DNA from: Acidobacteriota bacterium
GTDB taxonomy: Bacteria > Acidobacteriota > Blastocatellia > RBC074
NCBI GenBank assembly: GCA_018268995.1
Contig: JAFDVL010000046.1
Span: 117,715 to 181,714, forward strand
Length of the DNA stretch: 64,000 nucleotides
Direction of reading: 5' to 3'
Part shown: positions 47,768-57,449 of the stretch, piece after piece
Layout of the letters: each line of letters starts with the position of its first letter
How positions within the stretch are numbered: the stretch's first letter is position 1
Notes under the pieces: generated by a model
What the model was told of the DNA's origin: nothing
Databases searched by the model: none
The model's input: only the letters and a program-made list of their open reading frames with translations
Position numbers and translations under genes: made by a program

Positions 47768-48163
47768 ACGCGCTATTTTTCCTACCCCGAAGCCGTGGCC
47801 GTTCACATGCTCCTGATGCGGTATTATGGGGAGGTTCGTTATGGTGTTGCGGATCGTACATTAGTGGAATCTGCACTTGCCCGTCCTCAGCAAGCCGCAG
47901 CCTATGAAAATGCTGATCTTATCCGACAGGCTGCGACATTGTGTTTTGGTCTCATAAAAAATCATCCCTGGATAGGCGGTAATAAACGCACTGCAACTGT
48001 CATTATGTAGGAATTCCTCAAACTCAATGGGTACAAGTTTGTTACCTCTGCCGCAGAACTTATTGAGATGGTTTTATTCGTCGAGTCAGATCATTGGAAA
48101 GTAGATGAAATTGAAGCCTGGCTGAGAACAAGAACAATTGAAAAAACAAAGCAAACAACATGA
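47768..48163 (+). pseudogene. doc: Doc (death-on-curing, Fic-fold) toxin gene. Likely inactivated: ATG replaced by ACG at the position that aligns with the Doc initiator Met, plus an in-frame TAG at 48008-48010.
   Basis: The frame reads TRYFSYPEAVAVHMLLMRYYGEVRYGVADRTLVESALARPQQ...LIKNHPWIGGNKRTATVIM*EFLKLNGYKFVTSAAELIEMVLFVESDHWKVDEIEAWL. The Doc motif HxFx(D/N)GNKR is present. TAG occupies the position of the conserved Leu in ...ALLFL.... The first in-frame start is the GTG at 47795. The frame ends at a TGA overlapping the ROK gene start. Confidence 0.55.
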
Positions 48164-49137
48164 AAAATCACTACATCGGCATTGACCTCGGCGGCACGAA
48201 CATCAAGGCCGCGATGGTCAACATCACGACAGGAGAAATCAGTGGTACAACCTCAATTCCCACCCATTCCCGCGAAGGCTATGATTCCGTCATTGCGCAA
48301 ATGGGCGTGTTGGTTGAGCGTGTGATCAAAGCCAGCAGCGTCACCAAAGCCAAAGTGGGAGGCGTTGGGGTTGGTGTTCCCGGTGTCATTGATATGGAAA
48401 GGGGACGCACCCTGTTTCTGACGAATTTGCCTGGCCAGTGGCGCAATGTGCCTTTGGCCGAAAAGCTTAGCGTCCATGCCAAATTGCCTGTGCGCCTCAT
48501 CAATGATGCGCGTGCGATGACACTTGGCGAATGGAAGTTTGGCGCGGGCAATGGCGTAGACACGGTTGCCTGCTACACGCTCGGCACGGGAATCGGTGGC
48601 GGCTTAGTCATCAATGGCAAATTGCATCTTGGCATTGGCGGCGCAGCCGGCGAACTCGGTCACGTCATCGTGGATTTGTATGGCCCGAAATGCGGGTGTG
48701 GCAGCAACGGCTGCATCGAAGCGTTTGCCTCAGGCCCGGCCATTGCCGCGATGGGCATGAAGGCTGTGGTGCAGGGGCTGACCACGCGCATTGCTGAACT
48801 GTGCGAAGGCGATCTGAATCGCATCACTCCCGAATTGGTTTGTCAGGCTGCGCTTGAAGGCGACATCATTGCCAAAGATATTTACGAACAGGCGGGCCGT
48901 TACATCGGCGTTGGTGTCGCCAGCATTGTCACCGCAATCAATCCACGCCGCGTGATTTTCGGTGGCGGCGTTGCTGCGGCAGGTGAAATCATTCTTGATC
49001 CGATTCGTCGCACCGTACAATCACGCGTTTGCCTGACAGATTTGAAGCACGTGCAGGTTGTGGCTGCTGAACTTGGCAATAACGCTGGATTAATCGGTGC
49101 TGCGTATTGGGCCAGTCAGGCGGAGAAAAACAGTTAA
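48160..49137 (+). CDS. ROK-family glucokinase/sugar kinase
   Basis: Reads [15 protein letters not shown] (ATP-binding). The ROK signature and zinc motif are present ([29 protein letters not shown]). Confidence 0.8.
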   Translation: MKNHYIGIDLGGTNIKAAMVNITTGEISGTTSIPTHSREGYDSVIAQMGVLVERVIKASSVTKAKVGGVGVGVPGVIDMERGRTLFLTNLPGQWRNVPLAEKLSVHAKLPVRLINDARAMTLGEWKFGAGNGVDTVACYTLGTGIGGGLVINGKLHLGIGGAAGELGHVIVDLYGPKCGCGSNGCIEAFASGPAIAAMGMKAVVQGLTTRIAELCEGDLNRITPELVCQAALEGDIIAKDIYEQAGRYIGVGVASIVTAINPRRVIFGGGVAAAGEIILDPIRRTVQSRVCLTDLKHVQVVAAELGNNAGLIGAAYWASQAEKNS

Positions 49138-49149
49138 CAGGAAATAGTT

Positions 49150-49200
49150 AATAGTGAACAGCGGACTGTTAACCGTTCCCTGTTCACTATTTCTTCTTGA
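49150..49200 (+). terminator. Rho-independent terminator after the ROK kinase gene
   Basis: A perfect 12-bp stem AATAGTGAACAG...CTGTTCACTATT with an 18-nt loop, followed by TTCTTCTT. Confidence 0.5.
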
Positions 49201-49212
49201 TTCCTGCCTTCT

Positions 49213-49596
49213 ATGATCATTGGCATCGGCATAGACATCATCGAAATTCGTCGCATTGAACGTGCCTTGTCGCCGCGCTTCATTGAGCGTGTTTTCACGC
49301 CGCGTGAAATTGCTTATTGCGAGCCTGCGCGGCGGGTCGAGAAATATGCGGCACGCTTTGCGGCGAAAGAAGCCGCGCGCAAAGCTATCGGCGCAGCAAC
49401 GCCTGTGACTGCGCTTTCCTGGCATGATGTTGAAGTTGTATCTTCCAATGAAGGTGCGCCAACCCTGGTTTTTCACGGACGGGCTGCCGCGTTGATCAAG
49501 CAATTACAGGTGACGCGTGCGCATGTTTCGATGTCACATTCGACCGACAACGCAATTGCGCAGGTGATTTTGGAATCTTTATCCTCACAACAATGA
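49213..49596 (+). CDS. acpS: Holo-[acyl-carrier-protein] synthase
   Basis: 127 aa. Reads MIIGIGIDIIEIRRIERAL...FAAKEAARKA, the AcpS signature. Confidence 0.85.
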   Translation: MIIGIGIDIIEIRRIERALSPRFIERVFTPREIAYCEPARRVEKYAARFAAKEAARKAIGAATPVTALSWHDVEVVSSNEGAPTLVFHGRAAALIKQLQVTRAHVSMSHSTDNAIAQVILESLSSQQ

Positions 49597-50552
49597 AAAC
49601 AATCTTGCAGAAGTTGTTGCAGCTGGGAATCGTTATCATTGGCGGATGTAGCCTGCTCGGCTATTTCGGCAGGTTTCACCGCCTGTTGGAACTCGCCAAT
49701 CATTTTCGATTGCAATACTTGTTGGGAGCAACGTTGGTGCTGATTTTACTGCTGGCGTTGAAGCAATGGCGCTGGTCTGCGGTGGCAGCAGTTTTTGTTG
49801 TGCTCAATGCGGTTCACGTTGTGCCGTGGTTTTTGCCCACAGGCAATGTGCAGGCAGCGATGGCCGGGCAACGCCTGAAAATCCTTCAGTCAAACGTCAA
49901 ATACAACAGCACTCAGTATGCGAATCTTATTGCTTATGTGAAAGAGGAAGCGCCTGACATCGTAACGTTGCAGGAAGTGGATCAGAATTGGTTTGAGAAT
50001 CTCAACGCGTTGCAGGCATCTTATCCATATTTCAAATTTGAGGCCGAAGCGACTGGTTCCGGGCTTGCGCTGTATAGCAAAATCAAACTGGAAAATATCC
50101 AGCGAATAGATTTGGGTCTAAGCTGGCGACCCAGTATCCAGGCGGATTTGAAGCTGGATAACACGCTGGTTCATCTGCTGACGATTCATCCGCCGACGCC
50201 AACCGAAGCGCCAAATTACCGCGACCGCAACATCCAGTTTGCCGCAGTCGCACAACACCTGAACAGTTTATCCGCGCCAAAGATTTTGATCGGAGATATG
50301 AATGATACCGTCTGGTCAACGTATCACGCGCAGATGCTGGAGCAAACCCAGATGCGCAATGCTCGCAAAGGCTACGGCGTGTTACCTAGCTGGCCCGCGT
50401 GGTTGTTTTTCAGGCCGTTGATGATCCCGATAGATCAATGTTTGATTAGCTCCGAAATTGAAGTTATCTCTATCCAAACAGGAAAAAATATTGGTTCCGA
50501 TCACTTGCCCCTGGTGGTCGAATTAGTGGTTCCAACACAGAAGGGGAATTGA
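49593..50552 (+). CDS. Endonuclease/exonuclease/phosphatase (EEP) family membrane protein
   Basis: Overlaps acpS by 4 bp. It has N-terminal transmembrane helices and EEP motifs (IVTLQEVD, LLTIHP, GDMNDT, SDHLPLVVEL). Confidence 0.75.
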   Translation: MKTILQKLLQLGIVIIGGCSLLGYFGRFHRLLELANHFRLQYLLGATLVLILLLALKQWRWSAVAAVFVVLNAVHVVPWFLPTGNVQAAMAGQRLKILQSNVKYNSTQYANLIAYVKEEAPDIVTLQEVDQNWFENLNALQASYPYFKFEAEATGSGLALYSKIKLENIQRIDLGLSWRPSIQADLKLDNTLVHLLTIHPPTPTEAPNYRDRNIQFAAVAQHLNSLSAPKILIGDMNDTVWSTYHAQMLEQTQMRNARKGYGVLPSWPAWLFFRPLMIPIDQCLISSEIEVISIQTGKNIGSDHLPLVVELVVPTQKGN

Positions 50553-51389
50553 ATGGTTTTCATAATCGCTACTTTGCTGATGGTTTTGTTCGGAGATGTA
50601 CGACAGGCGGCCCGCCTGTCAGATGTACGACAATCCGCCTGCCTGTCAACCTTCACCCACGATACGCGACAGGCGGGACGCCTATCGTACTTTTTCGGAG
50701 GCGAAAAATATGATTTGCCTGCCGGAGCCAGGATCATTGAAACACAGGCAATCACATCACCCGCGCATCCGAATCGCGCTTTGATTTTGTGGATGCTGAG
50801 TCCGAAAGATAATCCCTGCGAGCACTGCCCCGAAGGTTATACCTGCCCGGATTACACGCGCGGGCATTATTTCAGCGGGCCAACCAGAGTCTCTTTGGTA
50901 GACACCAAAACAAACAAGATCATCAACACGATTAAGGTCAATGCTGATCAGGCAGAGCCAAACGAAGACAGCTTTGATGTGCCATACAAAATCCAGAGAG
51001 GCTTGTCGTATTTCGTTGCTGGCAGCCGGAAAGAAAGCAAGCCTGTCATAATGCGGTTGCGTGATTTGAACGACGACGGCAAATCGCTGGAATTTGTGCT
51101 GTATGATGCGCAGACTTGTGCTTTGATGAATACGGCGTTGATCGGCTACAGTGAAAGCAAAGACAAAGTAATTCATTATCCGGTTGTCTTGAACTGGCAA
51201 TCCGAAGGAAAACGCGAGACGATTACCAGCGATTGGGCGGATCGCCTTTTCCAGCAAAAGTCCATTAAGTCGGGCGTCTGGAAATATCAGGTAGATTATC
51301 GCGGACGCGGCGGCACGCTGGATAAATATGAAGTTCGCTACAACGCCAAGTCGGAACGCTTTGAAGGCAATGTCATTTCCAAACCCTAA
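50553..51389 (+). CDS. Hypothetical signal-anchored protein with an N-terminal 9-aa repeat
   Basis: The ATG lies immediately after the EEP stop (TGAATG). The N-terminus is a hydrophobic MVFIIATLLMVLFG, followed by repeats DVRQAARLS/DVRQSACLS/DTRQAGRLS. The remaining ~220 aa have non-repetitive, globular-looking composition. No family was recognised. Confidence 0.45.
   Translation: MVFIIATLLMVLFGDVRQAARLSDVRQSACLSTFTHDTRQAGRLSYFFGGEKYDLPAGARIIETQAITSPAHPNRALILWMLSPKDNPCEHCPEGYTCPDYTRGHYFSGPTRVSLVDTKTNKIINTIKVNADQAEPNEDSFDVPYKIQRGLSYFVAGSRKESKPVIMRLRDLNDDGKSLEFVLYDAQTCALMNTALIGYSESKDKVIHYPVVLNWQSEGKRETITSDWADRLFQQKSIKSGVWKYQVDYRGRGGTLDKYEVRYNAKSERFEGNVISKP
50595..50687. repeat. Three tandem 27-bp repeats, each containing an 8-9 bp dyad (ACAGGCGG/CCGCCTGT)
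   Basis: GATGTACGACAGGCGGCCCGCCTGTCA at 50595-50621, GATGTACGACAATCCGCCTGCCTGTCA at 50622-50648, and GATACGCGACAGGCGGGACGCCTATCG at 50661-50687. Confidence 0.55.
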
Positions 51390-51393
51390 CCCT

Positions 51394-53109
51394 ATGCAAA
51401 AGAAACAAACTCTTTCCGCTTTTTTGTGTTTTGCGCTTTTACTTTCCCTCGTCATCACGCCTGCAAATCAGGCGGCTTCGCGCGCACCTGTGCGGGGCAA
51501 ACACGGAATGGTTTCCTCGGTCAGCGAAATCGCTTCGCAGGTGGGCGTAGACATTTTGAAGCGCGGCGGCAACGCGGTGGATGCTGCCGTGGCCGTCGGT
51601 TTGGCGCTGGCTGTCGTGTGGCCGGAAGCGGGGAATCTGGGGGGCGGTGGTTTTATGATGATTCGCCGCAACGATGGCAAGGCGGTGGCAGTTGATTACC
51701 GCGAGATGGCTCCGGCTGCCGCGCATCGGAACGTCTATCTCGACAGCAAAGGCGAATACATCAAAGACTCATCGCTGATTGGCCATAAGGCTTCTGGCGT
51801 GCCAGGCACGGTCGCGGGCTTTGCGATGGCGCTGGAAAAATACGGCACGATGAAATGGGCCGATGTCGTTGAACCCGCGCGGAAGTTGGCGGCGGACGGT
51901 TTTCCGGTTTGGTATAGCCTGGAAAACAGCCTCAAAGGAGCAGGCAAAAATCTGGCCTTGTTTCCCGAAAGCAATCGTATTTTTCTTCGCAACGGCAAGC
52001 CGTATGAAGATGGCGAAATCTTTCAGCAACCCGAATTGGCGTCAACGCTTGACCGGCTCAGCAAAGAAGGCCCGCGCGAATTTTACGAAGGGCGAACCGC
52101 GCGCCTGATCGCTGACACGATGAAGGCAAATGCGAACGGCTGGATCACGATGGACGACCTGAAAAACTATCAGGCCAAAGAACGCGAGCCGCTGCGCACA
52201 AATTATCGCGGCTACGACATCATCACGATGCCGCCGCCATCATCCGGTGGCATTGCCTTGATTGAAATGCTGAATATTCTGAGCCGCTACGATCTGAAAT
52301 CAATGGGCTTTAATTCCTCGCGCGAACTTCATGTCAAAGTCGAAGCGATGCGGCGCGCCTTTGCAGATCGTTCTGAATTTCTGGGCGATGCTGATTTTGT
52401 AAAAGTTCCTGTTGCCGGATTGATCTCGAAAAAATATGCCGACACCGTCGCTGCCTCCATCAAACTGACACAAGCTTCCTCTTCGGAAAAGATCAAACAC
52501 GGCAAACCGACTGCATATGAATCCACTGAAACCACACATTTCACAGTCGTGGATAAAGACGGCAATGTGGTGACGAATACCTACACGTTGAATGGCAGTT
52601 TTGGCAGCTTTGTCACCGTCGAAGGCGCGGGCTTTTTGCTCAACAACGAGATGGATGATTTTGCTGCGAAACCCGGCAGCCCAAATATGTATGGCCTGAT
52701 TCAAAGTGAACAGAACGCTGTCGCCGCGCGCAAACGTCCGTTATCTGCGATGACGCCGACCATTGTGCTGAAAGATGGCAAATTGTGGTTTGCGCTGGGC
52801 AGCCCCGGCGGCCCGACGATTATCAATACTGTTCTGCAAACGCTCATCAATGTCATAGATCACGGCATGACAATTCAACAGGCTGTGGATGCGCCGCGCA
52901 TTCATCATCAATGGATGCCGGATCAAATTCGCTATGAGCCAATGGGAATTGTGGCGGATGTGAAAGATAAGCTTCAGGCTCTGGGGCACAAGTTTACGGA
53001 TCGGCCCGGCTATATGGGTGATTGCGAAGCCATTATGATCGAAGACAAAACGGGTGTGCGGCTTGGCGCGAGCGATCCGCGTCGTGGCGGTAAATCGGTT
53101 GGGTACTAA
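51394..53109 (+). CDS. ggt: Gamma-glutamyltransferase
   Basis: Start taken at the ATG at 51394 (MQKKQTLSAFLCFALLLSLVITPANQAAS, a signal peptide). It has the GGT signatures (GGGGFMMIR; the T-nucleophile region ...TTHFTVVDKDGNVV; GSPGGPTII). Confidence 0.85.
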   Translation: MQKKQTLSAFLCFALLLSLVITPANQAASRAPVRGKHGMVSSVSEIASQVGVDILKRGGNAVDAAVAVGLALAVVWPEAGNLGGGGFMMIRRNDGKAVAVDYREMAPAAAHRNVYLDSKGEYIKDSSLIGHKASGVPGTVAGFAMALEKYGTMKWADVVEPARKLAADGFPVWYSLENSLKGAGKNLALFPESNRIFLRNGKPYEDGEIFQQPELASTLDRLSKEGPREFYEGRTARLIADTMKANANGWITMDDLKNYQAKEREPLRTNYRGYDIITMPPPSSGGIALIEMLNILSRYDLKSMGFNSSRELHVKVEAMRRAFADRSEFLGDADFVKVPVAGLISKKYADTVAASIKLTQASSSEKIKHGKPTAYESTETTHFTVVDKDGNVVTNTYTLNGSFGSFVTVEGAGFLLNNEMDDFAAKPGSPNMYGLIQSEQNAVAARKRPLSAMTPTIVLKDGKLWFALGSPGGPTIINTVLQTLINVIDHGMTIQQAVDAPRIHHQWMPDQIRYEPMGIVADVKDKLQALGHKFTDRPGYMGDCEAIMIEDKTGVRLGASDPRRGGKSVGY

Positions 53110-53262
53110 GCCGAAAAGTAAACCCTGCGACTGTTCAGCATTTTGGGCCAGTGAGAAGGCGTGACTTGACGCTCGAATCCTCTGCTCACTACAATGCCCG
53201 TGTGAAATTCGTCAAAGCGGTCGAATTTTTGTTCTACGAAGTCTCCCCAGAAAGACAAACCT

Positions 53263-53691
53263 ATGATTCCTGATCCTGTCGAGCGTTCCTCAAATGGGAA
53301 TTCGGCTATTACTGCGAAAACCATACCACGAAAGATTCTGGTGGCGGATGACAATGATGATATTCGTGAAATGCTGGCATTGCTGTTGCGACGCCTCGGT
53401 CACGAAGTTGTCGTTGCTTCAGATGGTGAAACGGCGGTGACTGTGGCGGCGCAGGAAAGACCCGATTTAATTTTGATGGATGTCATGATGCCGCGTTTGA
53501 GCGGACTGGAAGCAGCGCGGAAAATTCATGAAATCACTGCCTTGAATACCGTACCCATTGTTGCTATCTCAGCATTTCGTAACCCGCTGGTGGAAACAAC
53601 CAACACCAGCACTTTTCGTTGGCACGCGTACCTCACAAAGCCCGTAAACACAGATGAACTGGAAATGGTCGTTGCCAGCTTAACGCGCTAA
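53263..53691 (+). CDS. Response-regulator receiver-domain protein (CheY-like, single domain)
   Basis: Reads KILVADDNDDIREMLALLLRRLGHEVVVASDGETA...DLILMDVMMPRLSGLEAARKI, with the conserved phospho-acceptor Asp and the KP motif (YLTKP). Confidence 0.75.
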   Translation: MIPDPVERSSNGNSAITAKTIPRKILVADDNDDIREMLALLLRRLGHEVVVASDGETAVTVAAQERPDLILMDVMMPRLSGLEAARKIHEITALNTVPIVAISAFRNPLVETTNTSTFRWHAYLTKPVNTDELEMVVASLTR

Positions 53692-53697
53692 CCACGC

Positions 53698-54768
53698 TTA
53701 CTTAACTTTCATCCAGGCTAACCTCGCTGCTCCCAAAAGTCTGGATTGTTCCCCTAATTTAGCGGTCACGATTTGGCATTGCCTGGCGGCAATTGGATTG
53801 GCCCATTGCTTTGCCTCACGGCGGATGGTGCTGAGAAACGGTTTGAGTTTGAGGCCAAAGGTGCCGCCGATGACGACGGCTTCCGGGTTGAGCAGCGAAA
53901 TTAAATTGGCAATCGCGCGCCCGATCCATCCGCAGGTTTCTTCGACGACGCGCAAGGCAAATGGGTCTCCACTGCGAGCGGCGCGCAGAATCATGGTGGC
54001 TGTCAATTGGCCTGGGTCAGTCAGCGTCACCTGGCTGAGCAATGAATCAGAATCCGCCGTCCAGTGTTCCAGCGTGCGTCGCAACAGTGCAGCTTCACTG
54101 GCCTCAAAGGTCAGCGCCCCCTTTGTTGCATATTCGGTTTTGTAGCTTTCACTGAGCGCAAAAAAACCGAGCGCGCCCGCGTGATCCCCCGTGCCGTGCA
54201 GGATTTTGTGATTTACTAAAATGCCCGCGCTGATCGGCGCATCAAGCGAAAGCATCACCACATTTGACTTGCCTGCGGCTGCCCCACACCAGGCTTCGGC
54301 CGCAACTTGCGTATCACGGTTGGCATAAACTGCGAACGGTGGATGGGCAGATTCCATTTTAGCCTCGCGCACGGGGGAGGCGGTGGCTGAGAATCGAATG
54401 TCTACGCCGGATGTTTCCAGCGCTTTTTCGATCATCGAACCAAGTGGAACACGCTCCCAATTAAAGCTGTCGTGATGGGTGAACGAAACCCGCCCGGCAC
54501 GCTGATCCACATTGCCCGGCACGCTGATGCCAATGCCTTTGATGGCCACTAACTTTCTTTCCGGTGCATGGGCTAAGTCGAGAATGGATTGGCTTATGGC
54601 CGCAACAGTCGCGCGCACGGTTGTTTTTTGAATCGGCACTGCGCGTGTGACCAGGATACGCCCTGTTTCATTAACTAATGCCCCAACTGCTTGCTCGCTT
54701 TGCAAATCCAATGCGATCACAGTGGGCGTTCGTGGAGTTGTCTGACGCCGGGGAGTGATTTCAGCCAT
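53698..54768 (-). CDS. ROK-family protein (sugar kinase or transcriptional-regulator type)
   Basis: Start taken at the ATG at 54768 (MAEITPRRQTT..., preceded by AGAGGAAA). It has ROK-like glycine-rich segments (VAIKGIGISVPGNVD, GTGDHAGALGF). It lacks the CxCGxxGC zinc motif. Confidence 0.65.
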   Translation of the reverse strand: MAEITPRRQTTPRTPTVIALDLQSEQAVGALVNETGRILVTRAVPIQKTTVRATVAAISQSILDLAHAPERKLVAIKGIGISVPGNVDQRAGRVSFTHHDSFNWERVPLGSMIEKALETSGVDIRFSATASPVREAKMESAHPPFAVYANRDTQVAAEAWCGAAAGKSNVVMLSLDAPISAGILVNHKILHGTGDHAGALGFFALSESYKTEYATKGALTFEASEAALLRRTLEHWTADSDSLLSQVTLTDPGQLTATMILRAARSGDPFALRVVEETCGWIGRAIANLISLLNPEAVVIGGTFGLKLKPFLSTIRREAKQWANPIAARQCQIVTAKLGEQSRLLGAARLAWMKVK

Positions 54769-54918
54769 AATATTTCCTCTTGAAGTTTTGACCTGTTTTG
54801 ATTGGCTGGATATGATACCGTTTGCTGCGCTCAGCCCCAAACGTTGCAGCAAATTTTCTTTTGGTTACAACCACCGACCCCGCTCGCGCCCCGAAAAAAT
54901 GCCTTCAGGAGATATTCA

Positions 54919-55431
54919 ATGAATCGAACGATTTTCGTGGTTCTTACGATCTTACTTGTTTCTATCTTTCAGCTTGCCTGTCAGAATTCCTCCACCGAAG
55001 TTTCTTCGGCACCTGCGGCAACTCCGCAATTCACGGCGACGCCCACAGCGCAACCGTCTTCCGGGCCGGGCGAAATGAAAACTACGCCCACTGGGTTAAA
55101 GTATCAAGACCTGGTTCTGGGCACCGGGCAACGTCCCTTGTTAGGCCAAACCGTTACTGTGAAGTACGTGGGCAAACTCGCCGACGGCAAAGTTTTTGAA
55201 GAAGGCAAATTTGATTTCAGGCTGGGAGAAAAAGACATTATTCGAGGATTCACTTTGGGCATCGGTGGCGGCGAAGGGATTGACGCCATGAAGTTGGACG
55301 GCAAACGCTTAATAATCGTGCCTCCCGAACTTGGCTACGGCAACACCGGTAATCCGCCGAAAGTTCCACCGAACGCGACCATCTCATATGAAATGGAATT
55401 GGTAAAAGTGCAGGGCGGATTAGGATTTTAA
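54919..55431 (+). CDS. FKBP-type peptidyl-prolyl cis-trans isomerase, secreted
   Basis: The ATG at 54919 is preceded by AGGAG. The signal peptide is MNRTIFVVLTILLVSIFQLAC, and the FKBP domain reads GLKYQDLVLGTG...VTVKYVGKLADGKVFE...GEKDIIRGFTLGIGG...PPELGYG. Confidence 0.8.
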   Translation: MNRTIFVVLTILLVSIFQLACQNSSTEVSSAPAATPQFTATPTAQPSSGPGEMKTTPTGLKYQDLVLGTGQRPLLGQTVTVKYVGKLADGKVFEEGKFDFRLGEKDIIRGFTLGIGGGEGIDAMKLDGKRLIIVPPELGYGNTGNPPKVPPNATISYEMELVKVQGGLGF

Positions 55432-55522
55432 TGAATTTCACCGCAAAAGGCTCAAAAGGCACAAAGCAGAGACGACGACTGTCATTTATGCGTTCTGGGC
55501 TTTTTGCGGTAAATGAATCAGT

Positions 55523-56302
55523 TTACTTGATCTGGGAATACGCCGTAGGTCGCAAGAACGAGCCATAGATATTCGATACGGCTTCGGGGTCTGTCCAGCC
55601 GGGCATCACGCGGATTTTCTTGAACGCTTCACTATTGATGAACGTCGCCCAGCATTTATCACGAGATGCCATGTCATCAAACGCCACCATATAAGTCAGC
55701 GCAGGCTGGCGCGTCCCAATCACACTTTCACCAAAGAAAATTGGGGCAAAGCCGGAATCGCGGAAGATTTTGATTTCTTCCTTATTGAACATGTCCAGCT
55801 TGGCTTTGAGCGAGAAATGATTGCGCGATTCGTACGTGCGCAGCTCAAACAATCGCGGCGCTTTGCCAGGAGCGGGAATTTCCGTTTTCAAATGTCCATC
55901 AAAGGCTTTGAGCAACGCGGATTCATACCGCACATACGGCATTTCAGTGGTGGCTTCAAACTCCTGCCACGCTTTCATGAATTCTTTGTCCGCTTCCATT
56001 CGCGCGTTGGCCGCCTGCATTTCACCAAGCGATTTGTGGTCAATGAACACCATCAGCGAAGGCGTATATTGCCCGGATGCAACGGTGAAACAACCGACGG
56101 GGCCAAAGTCCTGTCGCTTCGCCATCGGCAAAAAAGACTGCTGAAAAAAGTCGTGAATGCGTTTGGTGTTGATGTCATTGCGCAATTGATACGTGCGCAG
56201 TTCGTAGTAGTGATTGCCTTCAGCGGCAGCATTTGTAGTCAAGGTGGTAGCTCCTGTGAATCCGGCAGCGAGGCCGGTTTTGAGAATGTTGCGGCGGTTC
56301 AT
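55523..56302 (-). CDS. NIPSNAP-family protein with a Tat signal peptide
   Basis: MNRRNILKTGLAAGFTGA is a twin-arginine signal. Two NIPSNAP-like halves follow (YELRTYQL... and LFELRTYES...). Confidence 0.7.
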   Translation of the reverse strand: MNRRNILKTGLAAGFTGATTLTTNAAAEGNHYYELRTYQLRNDINTKRIHDFFQQSFLPMAKRQDFGPVGCFTVASGQYTPSLMVFIDHKSLGEMQAANARMEADKEFMKAWQEFEATTEMPYVRYESALLKAFDGHLKTEIPAPGKAPRLFELRTYESRNHFSLKAKLDMFNKEEIKIFRDSGFAPIFFGESVIGTRQPALTYMVAFDDMASRDKCWATFINSEAFKKIRVMPGWTDPEAVSNIYGSFLRPTAYSQIK

Positions 56303-56320
56303 GAAATGATCCTTTCAAAA

Positions 56321-56570
56321 TTCATTTTGTCGTCAACAGTGACCGACAATATAGTCCAGCGAGCATCCTTCATTTTGTCGCTGAAAGCGACGCACAATAT
56401 AGCCCAGCGAGAATCGCTGGGAAAGCGGTACAACGGGATTCCGTCGCTGAAGGCGACAAACAAAATGCCAAGGTTGAATTTGTTGCTCGCCTTCAGCGAG
56501 CGGGCGTTTATTGATCGTCTACCCAGCGCTCCTCGCTGGGCTATGTTGTTGGTCGCCTTCAGCGACTCAA
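56321..56570. repeat. REP/BIME cluster 1, with about 4 units in both orientations
   Basis: The unit is GTCGCTGAAGGCGAC (a 5-bp-stem palindrome) plus (C)AACAATATAGCCCAGCGAG-GATCGCTGGG. Forward copies lie at ~56377-56421 and 56442-56456, and a reverse copy at 56521-56566. The cluster abuts the RAYT gene. Confidence 0.7.
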
Positions 56571-57019
56571 TCCCACACATATCGTTCATCATATTCAATC
56601 TCACATTGCTGCAAAAACGAACGATACTCGTCCTGAAAATCCTGTTTCGCGTGATGGTGTTTTTGTTGTTTGATGTAATTCATAACGACGTCAACCTGTG
56701 ATTGCCCAACAGAAAACGCCCCATAGCCTTTTTGCCAATAAAAATCGGCAAATTTTGTGTCTTGCTCTTTCATCCAACTGGAGCTATTGCGTTTGATGTC
56801 GCCAATCAATTCGGACAAATCAATTTTCTTCGGCAATGAAACCAACAGATGAATGTGGTTCGTTGTGCCATTCGCAATCATCAATTTCGCGCCATTGTTT
56901 TCAACGATGCCGTGAATATAGCCGAACAATTCATGTTCGATTTCAGGGGTAATCAAATCCGCCCGATGTTTCGTAGAGAAAACAATATGCGCCAGAAGTT
57001 TGTATAGTGATTGTGGCAT
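56567..57019 (-). mobile_element. REP-associated tyrosine transposase (RAYT), IS200/IS605 TnpA-like Y1 HUH enzyme
   Basis: 150 aa. HUH motif NHIHLLVS, catalytic Tyr region VVMNYIKQQ, and an IS200-like core (YKLLAHIVFSTKHR). It is flanked on both sides by REP clusters. Confidence 0.8.
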
Positions 57020-57149
57020 CGGTATCAGCCTCTATTTATTGAGAATCCAAATGTAAACGTCAATGTCATTGGTGCAGTCGTGTCGTTATGAATCGAAACG
57101 TAAGCCCCATTGTTATTGCAGCAATGGTATTTTGTCGCCAAGTCATTGA

Positions 57150-57360
57150 ATTGTATTTTGTCGCCAACGGCGACTAACAATATAGCCCAGCGAGGATCGC
57201 TGGGAAAGCAAGGCCGTGTGATCCTGTCGCTGAAGGCGACAAACAATCTAAACCTAATTGATGGCGGCGTATTTGTTGCTCGCCTACAGCGAGCGGGTGT
57301 TGGTTGATTGCCTACCCAGCGATGCTCGCTGGGCTATATTGTTGGTCGCTTTCAGCGACG
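57150..57360. repeat. REP/BIME cluster 2
   Basis: GTCGCCAACGGCGAC-TAACAATATAGCCCAGCGAGGATCGCTGGG at 57159-57203. GTCGCTGAAGGCGAC at 57226-57240. A reverse unit ACCCAGCGATGCTCGCTGGGCTATATTGTTGGTCGCTTTCAGCGAC at 57313-57358. Confidence 0.7.
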
Positions 57361-57449
57361 GCGAATAAGGTGCTTGAGAATTTTGATTGCTGGATTACGC
57401 GCCTAAAATCAATTGCTAACGGCGAACGATTTGTTGCCAAACGTTTTTT

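Noticed and set aside
50596-50784. 62-aa ORF whose internal ATG at 50710 has a perfect GGAGG RBS
   Set aside because: It is out of frame with the convincing 278-aa protein, and its translation is R/P/H-rich with no features. The RBS+ATG is noted in the tandem-repeat finding as a possible alternative initiation signal, not as a gene.
55443-55511. Long-range inverted repeat ACCGCAAAAG...CTTTTGCGGT between the convergent FKBP and NIPSNAP genes as a terminator
   Set aside because: The arms are only 10 bp and the loop is ~50 nt. This is too weak to call a terminator confidently, though it may contribute to termination of both convergent transcripts.
55817-56701. 294-aa + strand ORF spanning the NIPSNAP gene and REP cluster 1
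   Set aside because: It is antisense to the NIPSNAP gene and reads through the palindromic REP units, with no coherent protein features. The REP-derived VAFSD/IAQRGSLG peptides in several small ORFs (56299-56604, 57025-57246, 60697-60954, 60739-60999) are translation artefacts of DNA repeats.
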